Below are positions 61,817 through 64,000 of a stretch of 64,000 bases of DNA, piece after piece. Position 1 is the first letter of the stretch. Every line of letters starts with the position of its first letter. This DNA is from an uncultured virus (IMG/VR IMGVR_UViG_3300034061_005656). Its lineage: Duplodnaviria > Heunggongvirae > Uroviricota > Caudoviricetes. The stretch lies in IMG/VR virus record IMGVR_UViG_3300034061_005656; one strand, written 5' to 3'. The notes under the pieces were generated by a model that saw nothing but the letters and a program-made list of their open reading frames with translations, did no database searches and had not been told where the DNA came from. The position numbers were made by a program, and so were the translations under genes.

Positions 61817-62029
61817 ATGAGCACCGACCAAATCACCACCAAACTTAACATCGACCTTAAATCCGGCTACTACCTCGCCGACCGATTTACTGCCGATACA
61901 AAACTCGCAATTATCGAACACGACTCGTACATGCGCCTTCTTGCCGTTCTTACGCCTGACCAGCACGCCCACCTTCTCGATCTTGCCAAAAACGACCAAT
62001 TCCACGCGATTTCCGGTCACGCTATCTAG
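61817..62029 (+). CDS. Cassette gene, leaderless
   Basis: ATG 6 nt after TATAAT. Confidence 0.6.
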   Translation: MSTDQITTKLNIDLKSGYYLADRFTADTKLAIIEHDSYMRLLAVLTPDQHAHLLDLAKNDQFHAISGHAI

Positions 62030-62094
62030 CCGGCCTCAATAAACATAAAACTAAAATTGTTATAATGATCTTATCAGGAAGGGATAAAATAAAA

Positions 62095-62352
62095 ATGGAA
62101 AAAGAGATAGTTAAATTCGAAGTCGACGTGGCGTTCGATGACGAAAGTTTTGAAGAAGTATTAGAGCGTTTGGGTAGAGAAGTCCCGAATGCGTTTTTGA
62201 GAATCGTGCGGCTAGTGGGATCTGGCGGTGGATGGCCAACTATCGAAGTGATGATTCCAAAAAACGAAATTCGTAAATTTGCGGAATGGTATTGCAAAGA
62301 CGATGCGGACGAGTTGGAAATCGGATTCTTGGAAGATGCGGTCGCCTTATAG
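62095..62352 (+). CDS. Cassette gene, acidic hypothetical ('GSGGGWP')
   Basis: AAGGGA SD before ATG 62095. Confidence 0.65.
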   Translation: MEKEIVKFEVDVAFDDESFEEVLERLGREVPNAFLRIVRLVGSGGGWPTIEVMIPKNEIRKFAEWYCKDDADELEIGFLEDAVAL

Positions 62353-62419
62353 GCGGCTTCATCTTCGGATCGGTAAAAACTAAAATTGTTATAATGTATT
62401 TATCAGGAAGGAATGAAAA

Positions 62420-62593
62420 ATGAGCAAGATGACAGCAGCGGAGCGAAAAGAAGCGAAAGAGTGGGGTGAGGCGTCAGAGCGGATCAGAACCCGCGAAGGT
62501 TGGAAAACCTATCAAAACGCACGTCTTGCCGGCTCCAGCCATTACGACGCGCTCGATCTCGCATTTCAAGCCGACATCATAGTGCCGGCTTGA
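62420..62593 (+). CDS. Cassette gene, 57 aa
   Basis: AAGGA SD; MSKMTAAERKEAKEWGE...DIIVPA*. Confidence 0.55.
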   Translation: MSKMTAAERKEAKEWGEASERIRTREGWKTYQNARLAGSSHYDALDLAFQADIIVPA

Positions 62594-62663
62594 AATAAAA
62601 ACTAAAATTGTTATAATGTATTTATCAGCCGCGGTGGCTGGTACAAAAAGAAAAAAGGACAAA

Positions 62664-62957
62664 ATGAACAAAATCACTTTTATGCAGGCAGTCGAATTGA
62701 TCGATATCGCGGCTCAAGAAAATCGCTTGTGGCACTACAATGGCGGATCAGGTTACGTCCGCGTGAGTGACTCATCGAACGTTTTGATGGTCATCGAGCA
62801 CGCTTCGTCGCAAGGTGCGAGCGTTACACTGCACGATGGCACTGAGTACTTCAAGGCGTACAATGGCACGCAGTTTGCGCAGTCAGAGGCGCATCGCAAT
62901 CGCGAGTCTCTCGTCGAGTTTTTCTCAACGCGGTTCGTCAACCCTGTGCTGCTATAA
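62664..62957 (+). CDS. Cassette gene, hypothetical
   Basis: AAAGGAC SD; stop overlaps the next repeat. Confidence 0.65.
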   Translation: MNKITFMQAVELIDIAAQENRLWHYNGGSGYVRVSDSSNVLMVIEHASSQGASVTLHDGTEYFKAYNGTQFAQSEAHRNRESLVEFFSTRFVNPVLL

Positions 62958-63008
62958 AACTAAAATTGTTATAATGTTTTTATCAGCTACAAATACAAAG
63001 GACACACA

Positions 63009-63317
63009 ATGAATGCAACAATTTCTGACGAACAACTAGCAGTGCGAGATGCGGTCACCGAGCTCATCAGCTTCATGGACTCAAAGACAAGCCTAGGCAC
63101 TTACAGACTCGATGGTGGTCGCAAGTACCTTCGCATCGTAAGCACGCTAAGCGTTCACTGCTTCGTGGAGGCTCGTACGGGCGACGTGTACATGGCAGCT
63201 TCATTTGCGAAGCCAATGCTCAATGGCGCACGCTACAATCTCCTGGACGCGGACTCATTCGAAAAGCTGAAAAGCGAGTGGGACGAGTTCGGCAGCTACC
63301 TCTACAAAAAGAAGTAG
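63009..63317 (+). CDS. Cassette gene, conserved phage hypothetical ('GRKYLRIV..SVHCFV...TGDVYMAAS..KP')
   Basis: AAAGGAC SD; motif recalled from small genes of large phages. Confidence 0.7.
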   Translation: MNATISDEQLAVRDAVTELISFMDSKTSLGTYRLDGGRKYLRIVSTLSVHCFVEARTGDVYMAASFAKPMLNGARYNLLDADSFEKLKSEWDEFGSYLYKKK

Positions 63318-63325
63318 CGCAAGAC

Positions 63326-63400
63326 CTAGACGATTCGTCGTCGTCTAGTGAGGTGCTTGAGCGCTGGGTTCTCCCCTTTCGTCCCCAGCGCTCGCACCTC
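63326..63400 (+). terminator. Two hairpins with loops complementary to ACGACGAA and GACGAAAGG leaders
   Basis: ctagacga-TTCGTCG-tcgtctag; gaggtgc-tt-gagcgctggg-TTCTCCCCTTTCGTC-cccagcgctc-gcacctc. Confidence 0.7.
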
Positions 63401-63444
63401 TTCAATCTTTTTCAGCAAAAACTAAAATTGTTATAATGGTATTC

Positions 63445-63804
63445 ATGAACACCATCACACTCAAAACCGAAACCCAAACCGAACTTATCTTCGAATTCAC
63501 ATTCGACTACGAATACGCGCTCACCACGCCCTTCGGCATCGACGAGCCATCCGACGTCCTCTCGTTCTTCTTCGACGACGACACACATCAAACTGTCACC
63601 TACGACCTCACCATTTTCACTGACCCTAACGATTACTACTTCGCGACCGGTCTCACCGAAAACGGCTACGGCTCCGACTGCTCCGACTACGACAGCATCG
63701 ACGACATCGCATACACCTTCGGCCACCCGATTATCGACATCGTCACTGCCGAACTTACGCGCCGCAACTTGCCGCTCGTCGCATCGCGCAACTGGCCTTC
63801 ATAA
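63445..63804 (+). CDS. Cassette gene, leaderless acidic protein
   Basis: ATG 7 nt after TATAAT; strongly C-ending codons. Confidence 0.65.
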   Translation: MNTITLKTETQTELIFEFTFDYEYALTTPFGIDEPSDVLSFFFDDDTHQTVTYDLTIFTDPNDYYFATGLTENGYGSDCSDYDSIDDIAYTFGHPIIDIVTAELTRRNLPLVASRNWPS

Positions 63805-63882
63805 ACACGCCGCTCTGCCGGCTGGCCTCGCGCCAGCCGGTCACAGCTCAACCCGCAAAACTAAAATTGTTATAATGTTCTT

Positions 63883-64000
63883 ATGAGCACGAACACCAAA
63901 AAACAAAAAACAAAAAACACATGGTCCGCCGCCGATCATCAGGCTTTCGCCGATCGCAACATTCTTCGGGCCCAAACAATTCCGAACAAAAAACGCATCG
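63883..64000 (+). CDS. Cassette gene, leaderless, partial; paralog of 61595..61753
   Basis: MSTNTKKQKTKNTWSAADHQAFADRNILRAQTIPNKKRI... Confidence 0.7.
   Translation, partial: MSTNTKKQKTKNTWSAADHQAFADRNILRAQTIPNKKRI

Larger units (their letters stand above)
48641..63876 (+). promoter_or_regulatory. ~37 copies of a 20-bp promoter-like repeat AAAACTAAA(G/A)TTGTTATAAT, one per gene cassette
   Basis: Starts at 48641, 49552, 49766, 49956, 50436, 50705, 51147, 51503, 51955, 52376, 52921, 53153, 53695 (partial), 54804, 56814 (degenerate), 57074, 57311, 57432, 57802, 58168, 58530, 58821, 59114, 59346, 60409, 60468, 60700, 60955, 61325, 61569, 61791, 62047, 62376, 62598, 62956, 63418, 63857; each ends in TATAAT, usually as TGTTATAAT (extended -10). 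Confidence 0.95.

Noticed and set aside
48641..63876. CRISPR array interpretation of the 20-bp repeat
   Set aside because: Intervals range from about 60 to 2000 bp and contain ORFs with RBSs; the repeat is a non-palindromic -10-type sequence; no cas genes are visible.
48641..63876. Classical integron with attC sites
   Set aside because: The repeat lacks the RYYYAAC...GTTRRRY imperfect palindrome and no tyrosine integrase is in the window; only the cassette logic is similar.

Overview
The window looks like part of a large tailed bacteriophage genome with an actinobacterial host. The host inference rests on three WhiB genes, an Rpf domain, DUF3039, an MSMEG_6728-like glycosylase, an actinobacterial-type ferredoxin, AAAGGA-type Shine-Dalgarno (SD) sites and many leaderless starts. 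From left to right it holds: (1) a putative DNA-modification/nucleotide cluster (two GT-B-like paralogs, an all-alpha NTP pyrophosphatase, an atypical C5 methyltransferase, a pyrimidine-dimer glycosylase); (2) a minus-strand tail-fibre operon (a 2116-aa collagen-like fibre, three His-rich collar/needle paralogs, a 2OG-Fe(II) oxygenase and a GT4); (3) primase-helicase, serine recombinase, lysis genes, Nei, class II RNR and surface proteins; (4) an ~800-bp divergent non-coding gap, tRNA-Thr and a possible small terminase; (5) from 48.6 kb to the end, an array of about 37 units, each opened by the same 20-bp promoter-like repeat AAAACTAAA(G/A)TTGTTATAAT. The array is the most striking part. Two whole units are duplicated exactly from repeat to repeat, one unit carries only a structured RNA, and three hairpin loci display loops that are exact reverse complements of the shared leader/SD motifs. 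A second bipartite motif (CAGGCCTGC-N15-GCAGACGG) is scattered through the array and just upstream of it. All protein calls come from motif recognition by eye; no database search was run.
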